This document shows positions 24,506-32,000 of a stretch of DNA of 32,000 nucleotides, piece after piece. The translations under genes were made by a program, and so were the position numbers. Below the pieces are notes generated by a model that saw nothing but the letters and a program-made list of their open reading frames with translations, was not told the DNA's origin and did not search any database. This DNA comes from Erysipelotrichaceae bacterium (lineage in GTDB: Bacteria > Bacillota_I > Bacilli_A > Erysipelotrichales > Erysipelotrichaceae), in contig JAUVVC010000005.1 of assembly GCA_030604855.1 (NCBI GenBank), positions 60,001 to 92,000 on the forward strand, in the 5' to 3' direction. Position 1 is the first letter of the stretch; each line of letters begins with the position of its first letter.

Positions 24506-25873
24506 ATGTTTCAAATTTTTCATACCAATGATGTCCACAGTGAATTTGAAGCACTGGCATCTCTACAGACCGTTCTGAAGAAGCAACGTCATGAAGAGGA
24601 CCTGCTTTTGGATGCGGGTGATTTTCATGATTTCAAATCCATCCATCTTCAAGGAACGCAAGGTAGAGCTGGAAAACGACTACTCAAGGCGATGCGTTAT
24701 GATGCGATCGCGGTTGGAAACAATGAAGGCTACAGTTCCATTCCGTGTTTAGAGGCCATGTCGGAGGATGATGTGCCACTGCTGAGTTGTAACTTGGTGA
24801 AGCTGAATGGGGATGAACTACACTTTCTTCGTAAGTCTTGTATTCTCCACAAAGGCGATCATCGCTTTCTGATCATTGGTGTCAGCCCTTATTACAGTGT
24901 AGAGGGAAAGGATTCCTATAATGTCTTCTTTGCCTTGGATGGATTGAAAGTATTGGATCCCATTCAATGCATTCGATCTGAGATAGAGCACCATCAAGGC
25001 CACTTTGACTTCGTAATCCTATTGAGCCATCTTGGATTGACCTTTGATCAAAGGATGGCAGAACAGATCGTAGAATTGGATCTCATCATCGGTGGACATT
25101 CCCACAGTCGCATGGAAGCTCCTTTGATCATCCATTCGTGTATCATTCATCAAGCGGGTAGTTATGCCCAAACTTTGGGAAGATTGGTATTGGATGTGCA
25201 GGAAGGCGCATTGGTTCTCGTGGAAAGTGAAACCATTGCGATACACGAAGAACCCGATTCAAGTCTGCTGAGACTTATTGAACATGAGCGTAGTGAAGCC
25301 ATGGCTGTCCTCAGCGAACCTCTTTTGGTGAACCATGAACTGCGTTTTCATCCCACCGAAGAAAACTCGTTGATGAATTTTCTCTGTGATGCCTTGGCTA
25401 AGCATCATCCCTGCGATTTTGCGATGATCAATCATGGCATTCTTTCCCATGCCTTACCGGATCCCATCACACCCTTAAGTTTGATTGAGGCATGTCCTTC
25501 GCCTTTGAATCCAAGTCTGTTGCGTCTAAAAGGGCACCAAATCAAAGCGGCGTATCAATTGAGTTTAGATCTCGATCATTGCATGAGCCCTGGTCGTGGT
25601 CCTGGTTTCAGAGGTCACTTCATCGGTTCCTTGGCCTTCAGTCATGAGATCCAAATCATTAATGGATCGATTCATTGGAAGGGTAAAGAAATAGAGAATG
25701 AACAGGTTTATCAGGTCATGAGCTCAGATTATCTCCAACGTGGATCCGGTTATCCGAGTTTGCGCATTCCAGATGAAGCAAGCGTTTTTCTAAGAGGGTA
25801 TATACGGGATGTCATCCAAGATCATCTCCTTGATGATACGCTTCATGAATCCGCTAAAATAAAAAGAAAGTGA
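24506..25873 (+). CDS. 5'-nucleotidase/UshA-like metallophosphoesterase, cytoplasmic, with a variant motif III
   Basis: Motifs HTNDVHS, DAGDF, GNNEG (where GNHE is expected), LSHLG and GGHSH, followed by a C-terminal 5'-nucleotidase-like domain. No signal peptide. Confidence 0.75.
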   Translation: MFQIFHTNDVHSEFEALASLQTVLKKQRHEEDLLLDAGDFHDFKSIHLQGTQGRAGKRLLKAMRYDAIAVGNNEGYSSIPCLEAMSEDDVPLLSCNLVKLNGDELHFLRKSCILHKGDHRFLIIGVSPYYSVEGKDSYNVFFALDGLKVLDPIQCIRSEIEHHQGHFDFVILLSHLGLTFDQRMAEQIVELDLIIGGHSHSRMEAPLIIHSCIIHQAGSYAQTLGRLVLDVQEGALVLVESETIAIHEEPDSSLLRLIEHERSEAMAVLSEPLLVNHELRFHPTEENSLMNFLCDALAKHHPCDFAMINHGILSHALPDPITPLSLIEACPSPLNPSLLRLKGHQIKAAYQLSLDLDHCMSPGRGPGFRGHFIGSLAFSHEIQIINGSIHWKGKEIENEQVYQVMSSDYLQRGSGYPSLRIPDEASVFLRGYIRDVIQDHLLDDTLHESAKIKRK

Positions 25874-25894
25874 AATCTAGGTTTCACTTTCTTT
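25862..25894. terminator. Bidirectional terminator between convergent genes
   Basis: GAAAGTGAAA-tctagg-TTTCACTTTC is a perfect 10-bp stem with A- and T-runs on either side. Confidence 0.8.
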
Positions 25895-26641
25895 CTATGC
25901 TTGTGTATTTTGAACAAGGGTTTCATTTCGATGGGGTTTCAAACGCATCAAATAAATGAGATAAAGACTTGCGATGATTAGGATCCCAAAGATATAAACG
26001 GTATTCAGACCGGGATTGACAAGCATGATCGAGCCACTGATGTTGAAGATGATGTGAAAGAGAATGCCTGGGAGTAGACTGTTTGTGATGTCCACGATCT
26101 TGGCTAATAGTATCCCTAAGACGATGGCTACGATGATTTGCTCGATCTGATTGTCCATGGACATTCCACGCATCAGATTGACGATATGGCCTAAACCAAA
26201 GGTGACACCGGAGATGAGAATAGCACGATTCGTTCCAGATTTCGCTTGAATGGCTCTATATAGGAAACCACGGAAGATCAGCTCTTCTAAGAAGCCCACA
26301 TTGACCATGAGCAGGACGAATAGTGCAATCTGATATCCATTTAAGGTGGGGTTCAATGAGCCTGTGAATTGACTTAAACCAAGGAGGATGAGGGGGATAA
26401 AATACAACAATTTCTGAACCGAATCCTGAGTGATGGCGTTTAAACCGAAATACTTGAACAACGTGTGTTTATAGAGGTAACGAAGACTCAATAGGGATAA
26501 ACCAAACAAGCCCAGGCTTGTCGCAAGATTCGCAAGCCCGATGTTTGTTGAGAGTTGATCCAAAACATTGACACTTCCAACATAGATTCCAATCCAAGTA
26601 AGAGCGTGAGTCAGTGGTTTTTTCTTGAATAAATTAAGCAT
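25895..26641 (-). CDS. CPBP-family intramembrane metalloprotease (CAAX/Abi-type)
   Basis: Motifs EELIFRG, FGLGH and FHIIFN in a polytopic protein. I prefer the ATG at 26641 (MLNLFKKKP), which overlaps the TetR stop by 8 nt. The ORF-track start is 26683. Confidence 0.85.
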   Translation of the reverse strand: MLNLFKKKPLTHALTWIGIYVGSVNVLDQLSTNIGLANLATSLGLFGLSLLSLRYLYKHTLFKYFGLNAITQDSVQKLLYFIPLILLGLSQFTGSLNPTLNGYQIALFVLLMVNVGFLEELIFRGFLYRAIQAKSGTNRAILISGVTFGLGHIVNLMRGMSMDNQIEQIIVAIVLGILLAKIVDITNSLLPGILFHIIFNISGSIMLVNPGLNTVYIFGILIIASLYLIYLMRLKPHRNETLVQNTQA

Positions 26642-27212
26642 GTGTTTCCTTCTCCTTGTGAAGTTGGTGTTTGAACCCGGCAAAGGCGTCGCGTAAAATC
26701 TTGGTGACCTCGTCTAAGGAGAGATGGATGTCATTGGTCGCACACATTGAAGCGATGCCATGTGTGATCAACCAAACATCAATGAAGAGTTGTTCAGAAA
26801 GGTTGAGACTTAAACCACTCAACTGAGCGACCAATTTGACCACTTCTTGGTTCTCATCATCTTGGATGATCTGAATCAAACTGGTCTGTTTGAACTCATG
26901 AGTCATGAAGAGAAGCTTAAATAGGTTCTTTTCTTCTTGTGCAAACTGAATGTATCCCAAGCCGATGCCTAAGAAAGGATTCGCATCTTGCATGCCTTTC
27001 TGTGTGTATGCGTCATAGATTTTTTGTGCTTCCACCAAGAGTGCCTGTTTCAAAGATCCCATGGTTTCAAAGTTCTTAAAGATGGGTTGTATGGAGCAAT
27101 TCAGTTCTTTGGCAATCGCACGTGCATTCAAACTTTCAATGCCAGATGATCTTACGATTTCCAAGGCGGTTTGGATGATTTGATCGTGGGTTACTTTGAC
27201 TTTAGGGGGCAT
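26634..27212 (-). CDS. TetR/AcrR-family transcriptional regulator
   Basis: N-terminal HTH ALEIVRSSGIESLNARAIAKELNCSIQPIFKNF. SD AAAGGAGAG is upstream. Confidence 0.88.
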   Translation of the reverse strand: MPPKVKVTHDQIIQTALEIVRSSGIESLNARAIAKELNCSIQPIFKNFETMGSLKQALLVEAQKIYDAYTQKGMQDANPFLGIGLGYIQFAQEEKNLFKLLFMTHEFKQTSLIQIIQDDENQEVVKLVAQLSGLSLNLSEQLFIDVWLITHGIASMCATNDIHLSLDEVTKILRDAFAGFKHQLHKEKETHA

Positions 27213-27233
27213 GTCTCTCCTTTAAATATCTAC

Positions 27234-27251
27234 TGATATATATCATATGAT
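27234..27251. promoter_or_regulatory. Overlapping palindromes, candidate TetR operator
   Basis: TGATATATATCA (27234-27245) and ATCATATGAT (27242-27251) lie between the tetR -10 and its SD. Confidence 0.45.
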
Positions 27252-27255
27252 ATTT

Positions 27256-27283
27256 ATTATAATTGAAATCTATAAAATGTAAA
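27256..27283 (-). promoter_or_regulatory. Candidate tetR-CPBP promoter
   Basis: On the minus strand: TTTACA (27283-27278), 16-nt spacer, TATAAT (27261-27256). Confidence 0.55.
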
Positions 27284-27425
27284 TCATTTTTTTAATGGTT
27301 TGGTCAAAAAACCTTTGATAAAATTGACGAGCTGACTTAAGTTGTCTTCATTTAGTGCGATATGCCTATGGTAGTTGTCGTTTTGCTGGACAATTTTTAA
27401 TTGTGCCAACTAGAAGGAGTTTAGG

Positions 27426-29420
27426 ATGAACTCAGTCCACAGTTTACTCGATAATGCGGCGATCTTGGTGGCTTCGACCATCATCTATCAAGTATCCGTG
27501 CATTTCAAAGAAACCCGCAATCGCTCATCAGAACTCTTTGATGCGTTTTTATTCGGTTTGATTGGGATTCTGATCATGGCCATTCCGTATCAAGCTTTTC
27601 CTGGCATTCTGATCGATACGCGTACGATTTTGATTGGGGCAGTGACCTTGATCTTCAGTTTGAGAAGCAGTCTTTTATTGACCACCATGTTGGTAGGCTA
27701 TCGATTCTATCTCGGTGGTGTCGGAGCAAATTTCGGCGTTGCCTTGATTGTCGCAAGCTTCTTAATTGCTTTGGCATTCAAACGTTTTAAAAAACCTCGA
27801 TCGTTACCAGTCGTCTATTTGTATGGTTTGTTTCTACATACGCTGATGTATGCGAGTCTTGCGCTTTTGAAGATGGTCGATCCTGCCTATCTGCAACAAC
27901 AACTCTTCGTTCCTTTGGTGATGGTTCTTCCTGTGGTTACGGTGGTGGTGACAAAACTGTTTGACATTCAAAACAGTCGCTTAGAACAACATCGTCTGAC
28001 CCAAAGAGCAGAAGCGTATCATCGTTCCATCTTTGAACAAGCCACGATTGGAATCTGCTATTTCGATCGCTATGGAATGATCACCTATGCGAATCCGTTC
28101 ATGGCCAAGCTCTTCAAGGCCAAACAGAGTCGCTTGGAAGGGGAAAGCCTTAGAACCTTGAACATCCATCGTGAGAAGGATCTGCCTTATGGTCTGGACT
28201 TCAGCAGTGTTCAAGATCGATCCAACAGCGTCACGCTTGAGAAACAACTCCAACGTTTGGATGGCTCACAGTTCTGGGCGAACATCAGTTTCTCTGCCAT
28301 TCAATTCGATGAGGAAGAACTTTTCATGAGCACGATCATCGATATCAGTGATCGTAAAGAGGCCGAAGCCATGATGGCCTATCTCAACGATCATGATCAA
28401 TTGACGGGCTGTAAGAACCGTTATTTCTTTGAGAATCATCTCATCTTCTTTGAAGCCTCTGAACATTGGCCAAACGCCTTTGTGATCGTGGATGTGAATG
28501 GTTTGAAGCTCTTCAATGATGCCTTTGGCTTTGAACATGGGAATGTGATGATCAAGAGTGTTGCAAGCATCCTTCTGAAAAACAACCCGGCAAACGGACA
28601 TGTCATCCGTTATGGGGGAAGTGAATTCTTGGTGGTCTTACCCCAGCACGATTTATTCAAAACCCTGGCTTGGATTCGCAACATCAAAGATCAGATCGCA
28701 GAATTCAACATGAACGATGTTCAAATCTCGGTTTCCACCGGTTATGCTTTGATGGAGAACAATCATCAACCCATTGCCCAACTTCTTGTTAAAGCCGAAG
28801 AACGCTTGAATCGGGAGAAGCTCAGTGATTCCACCAGCGCCATGAGTCATACGATTGAAATCATCATGAACTCGCTTTATGCGAAGAATAAACGTGAAAT
28901 GGAACATTCCAAACGGGTCAGTGATTTGTGTGAAAAGATGGCCATCCGTTTACGCTTGGATTCCACTCTGATTCAAAAATTGAAGGTTGCAGGTCTGATG
29001 CACGATATCGGAAAAATCGGAATCCCGGATGCCATCTTGGATAAACCTGGGAAATTGGATGACAATGAATTCATCCTCATTCAGAAACATGCGGAATCGG
29101 GCTATAAGATTTTGAGCGCGGCCAATGAATTTTCTGAGATCGCGAACTATATCCTTGCCCATCATGAACGCTGGGATGGCAAGGGCTATCCAAAAGGCTT
29201 GAAGGAAACCGAGATTCCCATCTACGCTCGCATCATTTCGATTGCGGATGCCTATGATGCGATGACCTCCGATCGTGCGTACCGTAAAGGCTTGAGTGTG
29301 GATGCGGCGATGAGTGAGTTGCAGAAGCACAGTGGGCGTCAATTCGACCCTTATCTTGTGAAGATTTTCACTGAAATGTTGGGTAAAGATAAATCAAATC
29401 CTGCCGAAAAGTTTTCATAA
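27426..29420 (+). CDS. Membrane signalling protein: 5TM (LytS/YhcK-type)-PAS-GGDEF(degenerate GGSEF)-HD-GYP
   Basis: The N-terminus has 5-6 TM helices with ILIDTRTILIG. A PAS-like region (IFEQATIGICYFDRYGMITYANP) follows, then a GGDEF domain (DQLTGCKNR...RYGGSEF). The HD-GYP domain (HSKRV...MHDIGKIG...HHERWDGKGYP) completes the protein. Confidence 0.85.
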   Translation: MNSVHSLLDNAAILVASTIIYQVSVHFKETRNRSSELFDAFLFGLIGILIMAIPYQAFPGILIDTRTILIGAVTLIFSLRSSLLLTTMLVGYRFYLGGVGANFGVALIVASFLIALAFKRFKKPRSLPVVYLYGLFLHTLMYASLALLKMVDPAYLQQQLFVPLVMVLPVVTVVVTKLFDIQNSRLEQHRLTQRAEAYHRSIFEQATIGICYFDRYGMITYANPFMAKLFKAKQSRLEGESLRTLNIHREKDLPYGLDFSSVQDRSNSVTLEKQLQRLDGSQFWANISFSAIQFDEEELFMSTIIDISDRKEAEAMMAYLNDHDQLTGCKNRYFFENHLIFFEASEHWPNAFVIVDVNGLKLFNDAFGFEHGNVMIKSVASILLKNNPANGHVIRYGGSEFLVVLPQHDLFKTLAWIRNIKDQIAEFNMNDVQISVSTGYALMENNHQPIAQLLVKAEERLNREKLSDSTSAMSHTIEIIMNSLYAKNKREMEHSKRVSDLCEKMAIRLRLDSTLIQKLKVAGLMHDIGKIGIPDAILDKPGKLDDNEFILIQKHAESGYKILSAANEFSEIANYILAHHERWDGKGYPKGLKETEIPIYARIISIADAYDAMTSDRAYRKGLSVDAAMSELQKHSGRQFDPYLVKIFTEMLGKDKSNPAEKFS

Positions 29421-29438
29421 ACAAAATGAAAGAAATGG

Positions 29439-29467
29439 TTGACAAGTCATTTTACGCTTGTTAGAAT
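29439..29467 (+). promoter_or_regulatory. Promoter of the T-box/metNIQ unit
   Basis: TTGACA (29439-29444), 17-nt spacer, TAGAAT (29462-29467). Confidence 0.65.
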
Positions 29468-29473
29468 TCATAC

Positions 29474-29740
29474 AGAAATGCGAAGATAAGAAGAGTAAAT
29501 CTACAAAGTCTTTCTAGAGAGCCTCGAAGTGCTGAAAGAGGTAAGATGGGTTGGATTGAACATGGTCTTGGAGCATCATACCGAGGGGCAACCTTAGGCT
29601 ATGACGTGTGCGCCCGTTAAAGCGCTAGAGTATGAACCAGTCACTGGCGTACTTGATAAGGTTTATAAAGTGATTTATAAACAAACAAAGGTGGTAACAC
29701 GGGTAAGCCCTCGTCCTTCGGATGGGGGCTTTTATATTTA
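29474..29740 (+). promoter_or_regulatory. T-box leader (tRNA-sensing riboswitch), probable Met specifier
   Basis: Stem I has AGUA (29494-29497), the AG bay AGAGAG (29516-29521) and a distal loop gaaGUGcuGAAA. The specifier-loop 3' strand is GAA-C-AUG-G (29558-29565). An F-box CCGUUA lies at 29614-29619, and the T-box sequence AAAGGUGGUAACACGGG has its UGGU bulge at 29692-29695. A terminator follows. Confidence 0.85.
29705..29733 (+). terminator. T-box-controlled intrinsic terminator
   Basis: aagccctcgtcc-ttc-ggatgggggctt forms a ~12-bp stem including G-U pairs, followed by TTTT. Confidence 0.8.
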
Positions 29741-29754
29741 TATAGGAGGAAACA

Positions 29755-30498
29755 ATGATCGAAATTAAAGGACTCAGTAAAACCTTTAAAACCGCAAATG
29801 GATCACTCTTGGCTCTAGACAATGTCAATCTGCGCTTAGAAGCTGGTGAGATGGTCGGCATCATTGGGATGAGCGGTGCGGGGAAAACAACGCTCTTACG
29901 CTGTTTGAGCTTGTTGGAGAAACCCGATGAAGGAGCCATCACGATCGATGGTTTGAACTTGCTTGAAGCGAGAGACGATCGAATGCGGGATTACAGACAA
30001 AAAATCGGGGTTGTCTTTCAAGGAAATCAACTCTTGAAACAACGTAATGTCTACGACAACATCGCCTTTCCCTTAACCTTAAAAGGGGAAGCCAAACAAA
30101 ACTACGATGAGCGGATCAAACGCTTGATCGAATTGGTTGGATTACAGGGTAAAGAAGGATCGTATCCTTCCCAACTCTCGGGTGGACAGAAACAACGTGT
30201 TGCGATCGCCCGTGCCTTGGCAACCGAACCGGATCTATTACTTTTGGATGAACCCACCAGTGCTTTGGATGCCATCACGACCCGAGCGCTCTTGACCTTA
30301 TTAAACGAAATCCACGCGAAGACACAAGCTACGATTCTCATCATCACGCATGAATTGAATGTGGTGGAACGAGTATGTGAAAAAGTCGTGGTGATCGAAG
30401 ATGGCAAGTTCATCGAAGAAGGCAAGGTGGCGGATGTGTTCAAACATCCGAAACATAGGACCACACGTCTGCTCTTGGGATTGGAGGAACACGCATGA
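29755..30498 (+). CDS. metN: Methionine ABC transporter ATP-binding protein (MetN-like, short form without C-terminal NIL domain)
   Basis: Walker A GMSGAGKTT, signature LSGGQKQR and Walker B LLLLDEPTS. It is 247 aa and overlaps metI through an ATGA junction. Confidence 0.88.
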   Translation: MIEIKGLSKTFKTANGSLLALDNVNLRLEAGEMVGIIGMSGAGKTTLLRCLSLLEKPDEGAITIDGLNLLEARDDRMRDYRQKIGVVFQGNQLLKQRNVYDNIAFPLTLKGEAKQNYDERIKRLIELVGLQGKEGSYPSQLSGGQKQRVAIARALATEPDLLLLDEPTSALDAITTRALLTLLNEIHAKTQATILIITHELNVVERVCEKVVVIEDGKFIEEGKVADVFKHPKHRTTRLLLGLEEHA

Positions 30499-31157
30499 AT
30501 GCAACACAACTCTATGATCTGCTAAGCACCGGTTTTGTGGATACCTTGTGGATCATCTTGGGTTCCAGTCTGATTGCATATGGTTTCGGCTTTCCGCTGG
30601 GCGTATTGGTTACCCTGACCGGTAAAGATGGACTCTATCCCAAACCAGTTCTTTCCTTAGGTCTGAATCGTGCCATCAATATCTTCAGAAGCATACCTTT
30701 CTACATCTTGGTTGTGGCACTGATGCCCTTGTCCAGATTCGTGGTGGGGACCAGCTTGGGTATCAAGGCAACGATTTTCTCACTCAGTGTGGGTGCCATT
30801 CCCTTTGTCGCAAGACTGGTGGAATCGGCTTTATTGGAAGTGGATTCCGATATGATCGAGTCTGTCATCACGATGGGGGCATCCAAACTTCAGATCGTCA
30901 CCAAGGTCTTGTTTAGAGAAGCCTTGCCGCAATTGATTCAAGGCCTATCCATCACCATGATCATGTTAGTGGGTTACTCCGCTATGGCCGGTCTGATGGG
31001 TGGCGGAGGTCTTGGTGATATCGCCATTCGTTATGGTTATTACCGCTACAACTACACCATCATGTATTATGCCTTGATCATCTTGATCATCTTAGTAGAA
31101 GTCATTCAAACCAGCATCGGTTTAATCGTTAAACACATTGATAAACGCAATAAATAG
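30495..31157 (+). CDS. metI: Methionine ABC transporter permease (MetI-like)
   Basis: A 220-aa polytopic protein with a C-terminal GGGGLGDIAIRYGYYRY motif typical of MetI. Confidence 0.88.
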   Translation: MNATQLYDLLSTGFVDTLWIILGSSLIAYGFGFPLGVLVTLTGKDGLYPKPVLSLGLNRAINIFRSIPFYILVVALMPLSRFVVGTSLGIKATIFSLSVGAIPFVARLVESALLEVDSDMIESVITMGASKLQIVTKVLFREALPQLIQGLSITMIMLVGYSAMAGLMGGGGLGDIAIRYGYYRYNYTIMYYALIILIILVEVIQTSIGLIVKHIDKRNK

Positions 31158-31166
31158 GAGCACATC

Positions 31167-31973
31167 ATGAAAAACATCATCAAAACATCGTTACTTCTCT
31201 TAGCTTTGATTCTTACCCTAACAGGCTGTTCCACAGCCAAAGATGACAAAGTCATCAAAGTCGGCGCATCCATCACGCCGCATGCGGAAATCTTGGAAGT
31301 CATCAAACCTTTGGTTGAAGCACAAGGCTATACCTTAGAAATCATTGAATTCACAGACTACGTTCTACCGAACACAAACTTAAATGAAGGTGAATTGGAT
31401 GCGAACTACTTCCAACACGTTCCTTACTTGACTGACTTCAATGCCGAAAACGGCACGAAGATCGCTTCCGTCTTGGCTGTCCACTTTGAACCTTTAGGCC
31501 TCTATCCTGGAAAAACCACAAGTGTTGAAACACTTCCTGATGGCGCTCAGATCGCTGTACCCAATGATGCGACTAACGAAGCACGTGCGTTAAATCTACT
31601 TCAATCCTTAGGTTTGATCACCATCGATCCTGCTAAAGCTGAAACCGCAACGATCTTGGACATCACATCCAACCCTAAGAATCTCGTCATCGTTGAGCTT
31701 GAAGCCGCTCAATTGGCACGTTCACTCCCGGATGTCGATCTTGCCGTCATCAATGGCAACTACGCTTTGGAAGCTGGCATTACCGAAACAGTACTGACCA
31801 CAGAAGATAAAGATTCCGCTGCGGCTCAAAAGTATGCGAACATCTTGGCTGTACATGAAGATCAAGTCAACAGTGAAAAGACCAAAATCTTGGTTGAAGC
31901 CTTGAAATCCGCAGAAGTCAAAGCATTCATTGAAGAAAAATATTACCCAGTCGTCATCTCCGTAACCGAATAA
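31167..31973 (+). CDS. metQ: Methionine-binding lipoprotein (MetQ/NlpA family)
   Basis: Lipobox LTLTGC after a signal peptide, with NlpA-family motifs (NYFQH, VPNDATNEARAL). Confidence 0.9.
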   Translation: MKNIIKTSLLLLALILTLTGCSTAKDDKVIKVGASITPHAEILEVIKPLVEAQGYTLEIIEFTDYVLPNTNLNEGELDANYFQHVPYLTDFNAENGTKIASVLAVHFEPLGLYPGKTTSVETLPDGAQIAVPNDATNEARALNLLQSLGLITIDPAKAETATILDITSNPKNLVIVELEAAQLARSLPDVDLAVINGNYALEAGITETVLTTEDKDSAAAQKYANILAVHEDQVNSEKTKILVEALKSAEVKAFIEEKYYPVVISVTE

Positions 31974-31979
31974 TCCAAA

Positions 31980-32000
31980 ACGTCTCCCACGCGGAGACGT
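31980..32000 (+). terminator. Probable terminator hairpin, cut by the window end
   Basis: ACGTCTCC-cacgc-GGAGACGT. Any T-run lies outside the window. Confidence 0.5.

Noticed and set aside
29421-29754. I expected an S-box (SAM-I) riboswitch upstream of metNIQ.
   Set aside because: The leader carries T-box hallmarks (AG bay, F-box CCGUUA, GGUGGUAACACGG) and none of the S-box conserved core, so I called it a T-box.
459-30886. About 60 short ORFs (60-135 aa) in the supplied track are nested in or antisense to the long ORFs. Examples are 459-860, 1464-1667, 6911-7207, 9701-10024, 15082-15651, 28950-29342, 29625-29942 and 30102-30509.
   Set aside because: Each lies entirely within, or substantially overlaps, a longer ORF with clear family motifs, except 29625-29942, which covers the T-box leader. 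They have no SD or promoter context and have low-complexity or odd composition. I treat them as frame artefacts.
1-32000. I looked for CRISPR arrays, IS or transposase ends, integrases, tRNA/rRNA genes, long direct or inverted repeats, and alternative genetic code usage.
   Set aside because: I could see none by eye. TGA is used as a genuine stop for several well-conserved genes, so the code is standard. A computational repeat and tRNA scan would be needed to be certain.

Overview
The window looks like chromosomal DNA from a low-GC Gram-positive (Bacillota-type) anaerobe using the standard code; TGA is used as a stop. This is a guess from gene content, SD sequences and sigma-A-like promoters. 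I saw no rRNA, tRNA, CRISPR, IS or phage genes. Content from left to right follows. (1) The 3' part of a DUF4015-like glycoside-hydrolase gene. (2) A compact seven-gene minus-strand type IV pilus/filament operon: two prepilins, a large PilX_N protein, PilC, fused PilM-PilN, a PilO-like protein and PilB. (3) A ROK fructokinase and an alpha/beta hydrolase. (4) An oxidative-stress pair, a peroxiredoxin divergent from a Fur/PerR-family regulator, with a perfect Fur-type box between them. (5) An amino-sugar (GalNAc/GalN-type) locus: nagA-like deacetylase, two orphan membrane proteins, agaS-EIIA-yajC-kbaZ, an AraC regulator, and EIIB-EIIC-EIID followed by ceramidase-like, IMPase-family and SIS genes. 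(6) Rubrerythrin and a 5'-nucleotidase-like metallophosphoesterase. (7) A TetR-CPBP protease pair. (8) A 5TM-PAS-GGDEF(degenerate)-HD-GYP signalling protein. (9) A Met-type T-box leader controlling metNIQ. I found no clear-cut novel system. The best candidates for follow-up are four: the unexplained three-gene extension of the PTS operon, the stand-alone KbaZ, the minimal pilus operon with its giant PilX_N protein, and three apparently leaderless genes.
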